A stretch of DNA of 64,000 nucleotides from an uncultured Planctomycetaceae bacterium (GTDB lineage: Bacteria; Planctomycetota; Planctomycetia; Isosphaerales; Isosphaeraceae), in NCBI GenBank assembly GCA_963833985.1, contig CAWIAD010000002.1, positions 2,688,001 to 2,752,000 of the forward strand. The letters are read 5' to 3'. Shown piece by piece: positions 19,056-30,206 of the stretch. Both the position numbers and the translations under genes were made by a program. Every line of letters starts with the position of its first letter. The stretch's first letter is position 1. A model generated the notes under the pieces. It did no database searches. It was not told the origin of the DNA and saw nothing but the letters and a program-made list of their open reading frames with translations.

Positions 19056-21518
19056 ATGATCCGCGCAAAGAGATTCCCAGCCGCTCTTCCCGTCGCCCTG
19101 ATGATCGCCTGCTCGTCGCACGCGGCAGAGGAGGGCGGCCCTGGCCCAGGCCCGCCAGCGCCTGGCCGGGTTGGAGCGGCCTGCAAGCTTGTGGTGCACG
19201 CCACGGAAGCGGCCGGGAACCTCCTCAAGGACAGTGCCTGGAAGCCGCTGGAGCAGGGCTACGAGCGGCGGGGAAACGAGTTCGTCTGCGCCAGTGGCAA
19301 GGCGGAGCGGTCGCGCCGCGGGGCGATCCAGCGCGTGGTGCTGAACCAGAGAACTCCCCAGCCAATCGTCGCCAGTGCCTGGAGCCAGGCGGAGGGAGTG
19401 AGCGGCACGATGGACCCGGGGTACGCAATCTACCTCGACCTCGTATTTGACGACGGCAGCGAGCTATGGGGCCAGCTCGCCGGGTTTCGTACCGGCACGC
19501 ACGACTGGCAACGTGAGGAAGTGGTCGTGTTCCCGGAGAAGCCGATCCGGTCCGTCGACGTCAACCTACTGTTCCGCGAGCACGCGGGAACGGCGTCGTT
19601 CCGCGACCCCGCGCTCCGACCGCTCGACGCCCAGGGCCAGTCCATCCTCTTTGACGGCGTGCCGGTGGTTCCCCAGGGTCCGGCGGTGGAAGGGTTCCAG
19701 GTGCGCGACGTGGCGGCAAACGGCGATTTCGTCCGCATCGCGAATGAGGCGCTGGGGCTGCGGCTGGAGGTCCGCTCCACCGGCCAGGAGCAGGCCACCG
19801 TATTCGACGTCACGGTGCGTGAGACGACAGGCAAGGACCGGGCCGTGACGCTGCTGTATGCGATTCCCGTCCCGCCGCAGGGCCTGAGCTGGCTGGACGA
19901 CCCGCGACGATCGACCACCGTCGCGCCGAAGCGGGAGTACGCGCACACCGTGCCCTTTCGCGCGGGTGCCGGCGGGCGGATGTCGAGCTATCCGCTGGGC
20001 GCCGTGGCATGCCCGGGGGGCCAGGGTGGGGAGGGCCTGAGTTTGGGCCTGGGCCTGGGCATCGACATGGCCCATCCGGCGTTCTACCGGGTGGGCTACA
20101 ACGCGGGAACCGGTGAGCTCTGGATCGCCTACGACCTGGGCCTGGCCCCCGAGAAGCCCGAGGCGCACCTACGTTTCTGCCGGTTTTCGTTCGCGCCGGA
20201 GTGGGGCTTCCGTGCGGCGCTCGAAGCCTATTACCACCTTTTCCCCGACGCCTTCCGCAGGCGGATCGACGGGCAGGGGCTGTGGATGCCCTTCGCCAGG
20301 ATCAGCCAGGTGAAGGGCTGGGAGGATTTCGGGTTCCGCTTCAAGGAGGGCGATGGCGAGACCGCCTGGGACGACGAGCACGGCATCCTCACGTTCCATT
20401 ACACCGAGCCACTGACCTGGTGGATGCCCATGCCCTCCGCGATGCCCCGCACAATCGAGGCCGCCCTGAGCGAGGCCCGCCGCCTGGCCGGCCTGGGAAA
20501 TCGCGAGGCCAGGGCCCTGCTCAGCAGCGGATACCACAACGCCGACGGTGCGCCTGTGGCCCTGTTTCGTGACGAGCCCTGGAACCACGGAGCGGTCTGG
20601 AGCATGAATTCGAGCCCGGGCATCTCCGGCCCGGTCAACGACTTTCAGGTGAAGTGGAGCCCGGCTATCCGCGACCGGCTCTACGGGCCGGGCCACAAGG
20701 GAGTGCTCGACGGCGAATACATCGATTCGAGCGAGGGCTACGTGACCGACGAGCTGGACTTCCGCCGCGAACACTTCGCTGCGGCCGGGACCCCGCTGGT
20801 CTTCAGCCTGGGCACGCACCGGCCGGCGGTCTTCCGCGGCCTGATCGCTTTCGGGTACATCCGGGCCATCGCGGACGACAGGCACGCCGCCGGCAAGCTG
20901 ATGATGGCCAACGCCACGCCCGACCGCCTCTGCTGGCTGGCGCCTCTGGTGGACGTGCTGGGCACCGAGATCGACTGGAACCCCCGGGGCAAGTGGCGGC
21001 CCATGGATGACGCCCAGTTGCTCTACCGCCGCGCTCTCTGCCGCACGAAGCCTTATTGTTTTCTCATGAACACCAATTTCAGCAAGCTGCCGCACGATCT
21101 GGTGGAACGCTACATGAAGCGTGCGCTGGCTTACGGTTTCTTCCCGGGCTTCTTCAGCGAGAACGCGTCGGAGGGCCACTACTTCAGTCAGCCCGTGCTC
21201 TACGACCGCGACCGGCCGCTCTTCCGCAAGTACGTGCCGCTCTGCAAGCTCGTTGCCGAGGCCGGCTGGGAGCCGGTGACCGGCGCGCGCTCGAGCGACG
21301 AGCACGTTCACCTGGAACGCTTCGGCACCACCGGAACCCGCTACCTGACGGTCTTCAATGACAGCCGCCAGCCGCGCACCGCAACGCTCACCCTGGAGCT
21401 GAAGGCGGCGGAGAGCGGCCGCGAGCTGGTGCGCGGAAACGCGGTCTCCTGGTCCGGCGGCAAGACCCGGATCACGCTCGACGGCGAGGACGTGGCCGTG
21501 CTCGAGCTGCGGCCCTGA
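19056..21518 (+). CDS. Secreted hypothetical protein, CBM-like N-terminus and probable glycosidase-like barrel
   Basis: Signal peptide; GTHDWQ.. jelly-roll-like motif; DGEYIDS, LMMAN, DVLGTE acidic motifs in the C-terminal half. Confidence 0.55.
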   Translation: MIRAKRFPAALPVALMIACSSHAAEEGGPGPGPPAPGRVGAACKLVVHATEAAGNLLKDSAWKPLEQGYERRGNEFVCASGKAERSRRGAIQRVVLNQRTPQPIVASAWSQAEGVSGTMDPGYAIYLDLVFDDGSELWGQLAGFRTGTHDWQREEVVVFPEKPIRSVDVNLLFREHAGTASFRDPALRPLDAQGQSILFDGVPVVPQGPAVEGFQVRDVAANGDFVRIANEALGLRLEVRSTGQEQATVFDVTVRETTGKDRAVTLLYAIPVPPQGLSWLDDPRRSTTVAPKREYAHTVPFRAGAGGRMSSYPLGAVACPGGQGGEGLSLGLGLGIDMAHPAFYRVGYNAGTGELWIAYDLGLAPEKPEAHLRFCRFSFAPEWGFRAALEAYYHLFPDAFRRRIDGQGLWMPFARISQVKGWEDFGFRFKEGDGETAWDDEHGILTFHYTEPLTWWMPMPSAMPRTIEAALSEARRLAGLGNREARALLSSGYHNADGAPVALFRDEPWNHGAVWSMNSSPGISGPVNDFQVKWSPAIRDRLYGPGHKGVLDGEYIDSSEGYVTDELDFRREHFAAAGTPLVFSLGTHRPAVFRGLIAFGYIRAIADDRHAAGKLMMANATPDRLCWLAPLVDVLGTEIDWNPRGKWRPMDDAQLLYRRALCRTKPYCFLMNTNFSKLPHDLVERYMKRALAYGFFPGFFSENASEGHYFSQPVLYDRDRPLFRKYVPLCKLVAEAGWEPVTGARSSDEHVHLERFGTTGTRYLTVFNDSRQPRTATLTLELKAAESGRELVRGNAVSWSGGKTRITLDGEDVAVLELRP

Positions 21519-21682
21519 TACGATCGCGGGCGGCTGGCTCGTGCCCACCTTGGCGGAGCTGGGCTCGTCCCATTGGTGCGCGATCGTTCTGCGTCGGATG
21601 GCAAGACCTCTCTTCTGGCCCATGGTTTGCATGTCCTGGAGGAAGCCGAAGCAGGGGGGGCCGACGGGCCAGGAGTTACTTG

Positions 21683-22605
21683 ATGGCGATGACATCGGAC
21701 GTCGGGACAGGGCGGGTCTTCGTGATCGTGAACGCAAAATCCGGCAATTCCGCGCCCGATGAGGTGCGTGAAAGGCTGGCGTCGTGCGGCGCAAGGTGAA
21801 GGGGCGTGCCAGATCCACGAGCCCGCCGAGGGTGAGGATATCCTGACGATCGTACGCGAAGCCGTGGCGCAGGGGTTCGATACGGTCGCGGCGGCCGGTG
21901 GCGACGGGACGGTCTCGGCGGTGGCCAACGGGCTCATCGGCAGCCGGGCGCGGCTGGGAATCATCCCGCTCGGGACCGCGAACGTGCTGGCGCGAGCTGG
22001 GGATTCCGCTCGCACTGCAAGACGCCTGTGCGCTACTGAATGGACCGCATCGGATCGTACGCATCGACGCCATGAAAGTGAAGGAGAGTCACTACTTCAC
22101 GCAGATTGGCATCGGTGTGGATGCGGTCATGATCCGGGATACCAAGGTGGAGCACAAGCGCCTTTTGGGTAACATGGCCTACGTCTGGACGGCGGCGACG
22201 AGGTTCGTCGGCTTTCAGCCGCACCGGTTCTCGATTGCGTCGGACGAGGAGCGCACGCGGCCGAGGGCCGTGCAGGTGATCCTCGCCAACAGCGGCAGCC
22301 TGGGCACTTCCGGGCTGCGGTGGGGGCCGGACGTCCGGATTGATGACGGTGAGATCGATGTGTGCATCCTGCGCGCGCAAACCATGCTGGATTTCCTCAG
22401 CGCCGGCTGGAGCGTGATCCGCAGCCGGCACCATGAAGACCGCAACATCCAGATCTTGAAGGCCAGGCGCGCGGTGGCCATCCACGCCGACCGGCCTCTG
22501 GCGGTGCAGGGCGATGGCGAGGTCATCGGCGAGACGCCCCTGGAGGTCCAGGTGGTGCCGGAGGCACTCAGCGTCATCGTTCCCGCAGAGCAGCCGGCCG
22601 CCTGA
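21683..22605 (+). CDS. Diacylglycerol/lipid kinase family protein (two frameshifts, ~21790 and ~21995)
   Basis: VIVNAKSG, AAGGDGTVSAVANGL, LGIIPLGTANVLAR, GIGVDA, VQGDGE across three frames. Confidence 0.88.
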
Positions 22606-22685
22606 GGGCCGAATCAACGCCGGGCGCAAGGTCCCTGCCTCGCGCCTGCATCAGGATGATAAAGACCTTTTGCGGAACCCGCTTC

Positions 22686-23600
22686 ATGAAGATCGTGCAT
22701 CTTTCGGATGTTCACGTCTGGCGTTACACGCTGGACCCGCGGCAGCTCTTCGGCAGGCGGGCGCTGGGGATGATGGAATTGCTCATGGGCCGCGCCCGGC
22801 GGTTCCAGCTCGATCGCCTGGCGGCCGTGGTCGATCGGGTGGCGGGGCTGGCGCCCGACCATCTTCTGATCACCGGGGACCTGACGACCACGGCCTTGCC
22901 CGCCGAGTTCCGCGACGCGGCGCGGCTTCTGGGACCGCTGCTGACGGACCCGGCCAGGGTGACCGTGGTGCCTGGCAATCATGATCGGGCGACGGGCCGC
23001 TCGTTCCGCACCAGGCGGTTCGAGGGGAGCTTCGGCGCATTCATGCCGGCACCGGAGTTCCCCTGGCTGCGCCGGCTGGATGGAGACATCGGCATCATCG
23101 GGCTGGATCCCGCGCGCACCCGGTTCTCGCCGCGGGGCCGGCTGCCGGCGGATCAGCTCGCGGCCGCTCAGGCACTGACGGCGCACCCGGACCAGCGGCC
23201 CAGGGTGCTGATCATAGCCTGCCATTACCCTGTGACGGCGCCTGTGCGGTACCAGCGTGAGCTCCATCACAAGCGGATCGACAACGACCGGGCCATCATC
23301 GCCTGGCTGGCCGGCATCGGCCCGCACATCTACTGCTGCGGCCACGTGCACGCGGCCTGGGCCTTTCAGCCCCCTTCCTTGCCGAACCAGGTCTGCCTGT
23401 GCGCGGGAGCCCCCCTGATGCGCGACCCGACCGGTCTGCGGCTTCCCGGGTTCCTGGAGCTGGAGCTCGACGGCGAACGGCTCTCGGTGGTCCATCACGC
23501 CTGGGCAGGCACCGAGTGGACCACCGTGCCGATGCTCCAGGATCTGAACCTCGGCGCGCTCGATGAGACCCCGATCGCGGAGGAAGCCAGAACGCATTGA
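22686..23600 (+). CDS. Calcineurin-like metallophosphoesterase
   Basis: HLSDVH, ITGDLT, VPGNHD, CHYP, CGHVH. Confidence 0.9.
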   Translation: MKIVHLSDVHVWRYTLDPRQLFGRRALGMMELLMGRARRFQLDRLAAVVDRVAGLAPDHLLITGDLTTTALPAEFRDAARLLGPLLTDPARVTVVPGNHDRATGRSFRTRRFEGSFGAFMPAPEFPWLRRLDGDIGIIGLDPARTRFSPRGRLPADQLAAAQALTAHPDQRPRVLIIACHYPVTAPVRYQRELHHKRIDNDRAIIAWLAGIGPHIYCCGHVHAAWAFQPPSLPNQVCLCAGAPLMRDPTGLRLPGFLELELDGERLSVVHHAWAGTEWTTVPMLQDLNLGALDETPIAEEARTH

Positions 23601-23621
23601 AGCCGGCCGTTCGAGCAGCCT

Positions 23622-24500
23622 TCATCGACGCTTCCCGCTCCGCCGCCCGCCCGGCTTGACAGCCACGACCACATGGTTCATGCAGGTGATCGTCAGGTCC
23701 GGAGCAGACAGCAGGAACATCCGTGAGCGGGGGCTGGCCAGGCGGCGGAAGAGGGTGCGCAGGCTGGGCTCCAGGTGAGGTCGTGTCCGGCGCTCGAGGT
23801 CTTTCAGGTAGGCAGTGAAGAAGGCACGCGCCGGGCGGTCAAGGGGTGCTTGCCGGGTGAAGACCACCCCGCGCGCCTGGCACCGCCGCAGCCCGGCGGC
23901 GCGGAAGAGCCGGCAGAGGTCGCGGCCGACGTAGTATTTTCGAGGCCGCTCGGAACTTTCCACGAACGAGGCCAGCTCGGCTTGCCGCAGCGCGAGCTCG
24001 ATCTCGACCGGCCAGGGGAAGACCACATGGTGCAGCTCATCGTTCTCAAGCACGGCCACGTGGCCGCCCGGCCGCACTGTCCGGGCCATTTGCCGCAGGG
24101 CTTGCACCGGGTCGGGCAGGCTGTACAGGCTTTGCGCGCACCAGGCCAGGTCGACGCCGCCGTCCGCCAGCGGCAGGTTCCGGATGTCGGCCTGCACAAA
24201 TCGGACCGCAGCCGCGGACCTGGCACGACGCAGTCCCTGCCGCGCGTGTGCGAGGAACGCCGGCGAGATGTCCAGGGCCACGACTTCACCCTCCGCACCC
24301 ACGCGGTCCGCCAGCCACCCAGAATAGGAACCGTCGCCGCAGGCGAAGTCGAGCACGCGCCGGGCGCGATCCAGCGGCAGCTCGTCGATGATGGCCTTCA
24401 GCTCCGGCGCGAATGCCTGATGGTAGGCGGCCATCATGCCCGCATAGGCAGGTAGTCTGGGCTGCGCCGGTTGCTTCTGCGCCGTGGCCAAGGTCCGCAT
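23622..24500 (-). CDS. Class I SAM-dependent methyltransferase
   Basis: VLDFACGDG, VVALDIS, ADIRNLPL, RTVRPGGHV. Confidence 0.88.
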   Translation of the reverse strand: MRTLATAQKQPAQPRLPAYAGMMAAYHQAFAPELKAIIDELPLDRARRVLDFACGDGSYSGWLADRVGAEGEVVALDISPAFLAHARQGLRRARSAAAVRFVQADIRNLPLADGGVDLAWCAQSLYSLPDPVQALRQMARTVRPGGHVAVLENDELHHVVFPWPVEIELALRQAELASFVESSERPRKYYVGRDLCRLFRAAGLRRCQARGVVFTRQAPLDRPARAFFTAYLKDLERRTRPHLEPSLRTLFRRLASPRSRMFLLSAPDLTITCMNHVVVAVKPGGRRSGKRR

Positions 24501-24753
24501 CTCCGACGGTTCGGTCTGCCGCCGTACCGGGCGGGCTCGTATCACGTGGAGGACGCGGCAGGCCGCGCGTGAGACTTCAGCAAGCGGCGTGCCAGGCCCT
24601 TGCGGCGCGCGGCGATGGCGCGGCGTGGTGGAACCGCCCGCAAGGCGCCGCAGCGCGGAGAATCCCGAACGGCGTGCCGACGCGGAACGCGGAACCGAAC
24701 TCTCTGCCCTGGCCGCTGCCGGCTCGCCGGAGCCGCCGTGGCGTGGCTCCCGC

Positions 24754-25296
24754 TCAGGTGCGCTGCTCCTGGGTCCGGACCAGCCTCTGGTACTCCTTCT
24801 CGGTGATGATGTCGCGGGTGCTCTCCAGACGGTCGAAAAAGACGATGCCCTGGAGGTGGTCCTGTTCGTGCTGGAAGATGCGGGCCACGAAATCGTCGAG
24901 CTCGCGGTCGATCGCCGGGCCGTCAGGCGTGTGGTAACGCACGCGGATGTGGCGATGGCGCGGGACATCGCCGCGCATTCCGGGGATGCTCAGGCAGCCT
25001 TCCCAGCCCCTGACCATCTCGGTCGAGGACTCGAGGATCTCGGGGTTGATCATGACCTGCGGCGCCATCTCAGGCGCGTCGGGGTAACGGGCGCTGGGAC
25101 GCGAGGCGACGATGAAGATCGCGTGCGAGGCGTGAACCTGCGGCGCGGCGATGCCCACGCCCTCGGCCTCGCGGAGCGTCACGAGCATGTCATCGATCAG
25201 CGTCCTCAGCTCGGCGGTCAAGGGCAGCCGCACCGGGGCAGCCACAAGGCGCAGGACGGGATGCCCAAGCTGAGCAATCTGGCGGAGAATCGGCAT
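24754..25296 (-). CDS. def: Peptide deformylase
   Basis: GVGIAAPQV, EGCLSIPG, ARIFQHEQDHLQG. Confidence 0.96.
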   Translation of the reverse strand: MPILRQIAQLGHPVLRLVAAPVRLPLTAELRTLIDDMLVTLREAEGVGIAAPQVHASHAIFIVASRPSARYPDAPEMAPQVMINPEILESSTEMVRGWEGCLSIPGMRGDVPRHRHIRVRYHTPDGPAIDRELDDFVARIFQHEQDHLQGIVFFDRLESTRDIITEKEYQRLVRTQEQRT

Positions 25297-25538
25297 GGGG
25301 ACGCCCCGGAAACAAAGGGATCGCGATCGTGTAACGGTCGATCGCCGCAGGGGACGGTTCAATGGCGAAGGACCCGATCGTTGCACATCCTCGCGTGCTC
25401 GCCAAGCTCTCCTCTTCCATCCATCCGGGATGGCACGCCGCAGAGGTAGGCAGACGGCCGCCATGGGAGTTATCATCACGGATCGGCATTTGCCCAGGCC
25501 CGGTGCCATCGCACCAGCGTACGAGGAGAGCAGCAACG

Positions 25539-26933
25539 ATGTTGAAGAGACGATCGATCCGCCGGTCCCTGGTTTCAAATCGTCGCCGCACCACCCGCCC
25601 CCTCATGCCGGAGCCATTGCCTCTGGAAGCGCGGCTGGTCCTGTCCACGACCCCGGAGGTCACCCTGCTCTCGGCGACCACGCACGACGCGCAGAGCCTG
25701 TCCATCACCTACCAGGTGCAGGGCACAGCACCGTTCGAGATCACGGCGTTCCGGTCGCCGAACGCAAGTTACGACGGCTTGACGGATCCGAAAGATGTGA
25801 TCATCGATACCGCGACGGTTGATCCCGGTGCCAACCCCAGCTCGGACACCCTTGGCCTGGGCACGCCGCTGGCCATCGATCCTTCGCGGCCCTACGTCTG
25901 GGTCGTGGCCTCTCCCACGGGTCCCGGAGGCACAAGCAGTCCGTACAGCGAAACGGAATTCCACATCTTCACGATGGGAGTGGTGACGCATGGCTTCGAG
26001 TACACCGCCGCCGATGCGAACTGGGTGGACACGATGGCCCAGTCGCTCAAGAGCGACGGCTACAACGCGGTGATCCCGTTCAAGTGGACCGCCTTCAGCA
26101 GCTTGCCCATCAAGGGTATGACGGTGCTTGCCGGCGAGCTGATGGCCCATGACATCCTGGTCACCGCGGCGCAGCAGCTTGCCCCGCAGATGACGCCCAA
26201 CGACGTGGTCGCACTGCACATGATCGGCCACAGCCGCGGGTCCGCCGTGATCAGCCAGGCGAGCCTCGATCTGCAAAACTTCGTGGGCACGCATCCCGCC
26301 TGGAGCCCGCTCCTGGCCGGACCCTGGAAGATGACCTTCCTCGACCCACATCCGGCGCACAACATCCCCGGCAAGACCTTCTACGACGCGGCGCCGACGC
26401 CGCTGGGCAAGCTGGCGACGGGAATCTACACGGCCTTTCAGGCCCTGGCACAGGACCCGTCGGTCGTGGTCCCCAGCGGCGTGGACTGGGCCGAGGTCTA
26501 CTACCAGCACACACCCGTCTCCCAGGCCGCGGACGCCACTGAGCAGACCTTCATCTCCTGGGGAGAAATCCCCGTCTATCCCCAGAGTACGTCCACCACC
26601 GTCGAGTACGCCGACCTCACGGGCACCGTCTTCGGCCACTACGCGGTGCACGACTGGTACCAGCAGAACGTCGTGCCGTTGCTCTCCGGCAACCCGGGGT
26701 TCGTGACGCCGCCGGGAACAGGCCCGCAGACGATCGCATCCCCGGGCGCCTCATCCGCCGTGGCGAGGGGCGACTCCTCGGCATTGCTTGCCGGCGCCGC
26801 AGGCCAGCCCGCACGCGTGAAGCTCGGCGTCAGGGCCCTGGGAATCGAGTTGCGGCTGACAGCCCTGTTCAAGAGGCTCGGAACGATGAAGACCCCCCGG
26901 GCCCCAGCGCTGGGCGGGAGTCATCGTTCTTGA
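25539..26933 (+). CDS. Extracellular alpha/beta-hydrolase-fold protein with planctomycete-type N-terminal motif
   Basis: R-rich N-terminus with LEARLVLS; VVTHGF, HMIGHSRG nucleophile elbow, TFLDPHP, late His (GHYAVHDWY). Confidence 0.65.
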   Translation: MLKRRSIRRSLVSNRRRTTRPLMPEPLPLEARLVLSTTPEVTLLSATTHDAQSLSITYQVQGTAPFEITAFRSPNASYDGLTDPKDVIIDTATVDPGANPSSDTLGLGTPLAIDPSRPYVWVVASPTGPGGTSSPYSETEFHIFTMGVVTHGFEYTAADANWVDTMAQSLKSDGYNAVIPFKWTAFSSLPIKGMTVLAGELMAHDILVTAAQQLAPQMTPNDVVALHMIGHSRGSAVISQASLDLQNFVGTHPAWSPLLAGPWKMTFLDPHPAHNIPGKTFYDAAPTPLGKLATGIYTAFQALAQDPSVVVPSGVDWAEVYYQHTPVSQAADATEQTFISWGEIPVYPQSTSTTVEYADLTGTVFGHYAVHDWYQQNVVPLLSGNPGFVTPPGTGPQTIASPGASSAVARGDSSALLAGAAGQPARVKLGVRALGIELRLTALFKRLGTMKTPRAPALGGSHRS

Positions 26934-27011
26934 GCTGAACTGAGCGGGGAGCCGCCACGGCTGTAGGTGAAGCATCAGCCAGCTCCGGGGCAGGAAGGGC
27001 TGCGGCCTGGC

Positions 27012-27690
27012 TCACGGTACGCCCATGAAGAAAAGCACGACCGCGACGACCGCTCCGGCGACCGCCACGGCCAGGCCAGGCGTCCGGCGCAGCTTGAGGT
27101 AGAACAGGAGGATGAGTCCCGAGAGTGAGATAAGCGTGAGCACGATGGCCGAGGCATCGACGAGGATGGACCAGACCGGTCCCGTGTCGCGGCCCTTGTG
27201 CAGGTCGTTGAGTACCGCGATGACGCCGTGGAACGTTTGCGACAGGGTGTAATGCCCGGAGTCGCGGTCAATGAAGGCGTCGGCAGCGTACCCCGGGCCT
27301 TTGAAGGCAACCACGCACTCGGCCTCGTCCACCCGGAAATCGGCCAGGGCGCCCCGGATGCCGTGCGTTCTCCTCAGGAACTCGACGACCTCCAGCTTGT
27401 TCACCTGGGACGAGGCCTCGGCGGCGGACTCGGAGTTCGCTTCCGCGGCCGGCGGCTCTCCGCGCAGCCAGCGCGCATTGACGCTCCCCTCGGACTGCGT
27501 GGTCCGCTCGGCCTCGCCGAAGAACCAGTCCGGGTGGTTGAGCGTGATGCCGGTGGCGCTGAAGAAGAGCACCACGGCCAGACCGAACATCGACACGTAA
27601 ATATGAAGCCAGCGGGCCAGCTTGGCGAAGCGGATGGCCAGCCTGCGGCTCAGGGGTCGGCGAGTCACCGGGAACACCTCGTGCGTTGTA
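27012..27690 (-). CDS. PepSY-associated TM helix protein (5' boundary uncertain; in frame with the upstream DUF2271 region)
   Basis: RWLHIYVSM..FFSATGITLNHPDW, FKGPGYAA, LNDLHKGRDTG..WSILVD. Confidence 0.85.
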
Positions 27691-27699
27691 CTTCGTTTC

Positions 27700-29295
27700 A
27701 GGTCACCTGGAGGCCTGGGGGGAGCTGCCGCCTTGCGGCGATAGGAGAGCGTGGCGGACTTGATCTCAAGATTGCCCGGGAGCGGCTCGTCGAATGGCTG
27801 GGCGCCGAGAGTCACTGTCTTGCGGATGTTCTGGTAGGTCCCGTGCTCGCGCGCCGCGTCGATGAGGATGGTGTACTCGCCTTGCGGGAGCAGCTTGCCA
27901 TGGTCGTCCTTGCCGTCCCAGACCACCTTGTACTTGCCCGGCGGGCGAGTGGGTCGGGCCGTGGAGAAGATGAGGTCCTTCTTCTCGACGTGCTTGCGCT
28001 CCTGGTCGGCGCGATACCAGCGCTTCAGGTCGGGGAGCCACTGGAAGGGGCCCGCCCCGCCCTGCGACACCCAGAGCGTGAGGTTGCGCACAGGGTAGCC
28101 GTCCTTGTTCTCCACCCAGATGGCGACGTAGGGCCGGCGGTAGCGGCGTCCCTGGCCGTCGGGCTGGTTGATCTCGAAATCGACCTGGAGCTCGAAGTCC
28201 CGGCCCCACAGGGCGGCATTGCCCGGTGCCGCCGGTGCGGGGCTGGAAGATGGCGGCTGTCCGGCGCTGGCCGGCATGCCCGGCGGCGGCGCGGACGCCA
28301 GCTCGTACCGGCTCCAGCCCGCGCTGCGGAGGACCCGCCGCCCGGCCGTGATGATCAGACATTCCACTCCGCGGAGGGAGCGGACCAGCCGCAGGCTCTC
28401 CTCCGGATCGAGCACGTTGCAGATGGTGGCCAGGGCATCGGCGTCGATCGACCGGGGCGCGACCACCGTGGCACTCGAGACGGCAGCAACGGGCATGCCG
28501 GAGCGTGGGTCAATGATGTGAGAATACCACTCAGAACCAATGCGAAAGCCGCGCTGGGAGCTGCCGCTGGTGGAGACGGCGCGGTCCTTGACTTGCAGAA
28601 TCGCCAGCGGCTCGGCCGATTCGGAGTCGGCCCAGGGAGCGGCGATGCCGAGGCTGCGCGGGGCGTCGCCGCGAACGCAGAGATCGCCGCCCACGTTCAG
28701 GAGCAGCCCGTGCACGTCCTGGCCGGCGGCCATGCCGGCGTTCGCGGCCCGATCGACGATGTAGCCCTTGGCAATGGCATTCAGGCTGAGCGGGCAGTCC
28801 GAGAGTCGCAGGACGGCATGTTCTCCGGCGATCCTCCATGCCGGCTGCGCCAGCAGGCTGCGCCGCGGCCAGTTCCGGGTCCGCCGGCAGCCGCCCGGCG
28901 CGTTCGGCCCGGGCCCAGAGGTGGGACAGCAGCTCGACCCGCGGATCGAACGCCCCGGCGCTGCGCTGCCGCCACGATTCGGCGGCGGAGAGGACCTCGA
29001 AAAGCTCCGCGGAGACCGCCGCCGTCTTCCTGGGCGCCGCCTGCCAGCGGCGGAATTCGCTCACGTCATCGTAACCGCTGAAGACAAGCGAGAGCCGGTC
29101 GATCTCAGCGAGAACACGTTCCTCGGCACGCCGCGCCGCGGGTTCATCGTCCGCGAGCACGCGCAGCTCCAGCGCGGTGCCCAGCACGTTCTCGTGGTAG
29201 AACGCAAAGTCGCGAACGTCACGGGCAAGACCGAGGCTCGAGCTGCAATTCCAGGCACACAGTCCCACGAGGATCACCCGTCCGATCCGGTGCAT
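27700..29295 (-). CDS. apbE: FAD:protein FMN transferase (ApbE)-DUF2271 fusion, frameshifted around 28800-28865
   Basis: ENVLGT, SGYDDVSEF, GAFDP, LNAIAKGYIVD, LNVGGDL, VSTSG, SHIIDPRSG, ADALAT; then RPYVAIWVE..WLPDLKRW..TRPPGKY..WDGKDD..AAREHG. Confidence 0.85.
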
Positions 29296-29546
29296 GATGT
29301 CATTCCCGTTCCAGATGATTTCCGCATTCGCAGCCCCGCAGGCTTCCGGCGGTGCGGTTTCCGGGGCACCCGATCATGTTATCAAAGCACCCATTCCGCC
29401 GCGAAGAGAAGGACTCTCGGCGCACCGAGACATCCGTGGCAGGCGCGGCGAATGCACGCTGGACCGTGCGTCAAAGCGGAGACGAAGAGGGTGGAGCGGC
29501 AGAGCAGGGCAGAGCAATGCCGCCCCGGGATGCACTGACCGGGCGA

Positions 29547-29885
29547 TCAGAACAGCTTCCCGCCGAGGTGCACGAACTCGATGGCCAGGTACGAGATGAC
29601 CGCGGCCAGGAACAGGACCGCCATCGCACCGCAGTAGATCGCGACCGCGGCGATCCTGCCCAGCCGCTGCTCGAGCCGGCTCGCGGCATGCCAGCCGAGC
29701 CAGCAGACCAACCCGTACGTCGCGTACCCGCCCGAGGCGATCGAGATCAGCCAGGGATCATGCCGGCACCAGCTCTGCACGTCCACGATCGCGACCGCCA
29801 CAAAGGCCACCAGGATGGCCATCTGCCAGCACCGGAACTGGACCAGTGACGATGGCCCACGCTCGGGAAATGCATGCGTCGGCAT
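29547..29885 (-). CDS. Small membrane protein (about 3 TM segments)
   Basis: Hydrophobic C-terminal 112 aa of the long antisense ORF, with own ATG at 29885. Confidence 0.6.
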   Translation of the reverse strand: MPTHAFPERGPSSLVQFRCWQMAILVAFVAVAIVDVQSWCRHDPWLISIASGGYATYGLVCWLGWHAASRLEQRLGRIAAVAIYCGAMAVLFLAAVISYLAIEFVHLGGKLF

Positions 29886-30206
29886 GGCTCGCCCCCCTGA
29901 GATCGCGAACGAGGCACTGATACTGTTACAATTGTCGGACGCAAGGGCTCTCGTTGCAAGGGCTGGTTCCCGGAGTGTGATGGCAGCCGTGCCGGAATTC
30001 CTGCCGGATGGTGGCGAGGGGTTGGTCAGCAAGTTAGCATGAGGCCAGTGGTTCGCCGGCCCTGTCGCTGCGTCCGGGCGCGGATCGTTCCCCACCGCAC
30101 GGGGTCCTCTCGATGGGCGAGAGGTTTTATCCATGGACCGAGCAGGCGCGCGCGCCGCTTCGTGGTCTCGGCCGTCACTCCGTTCTTTTGTGGAAGGGGC
30201 CTCCCC

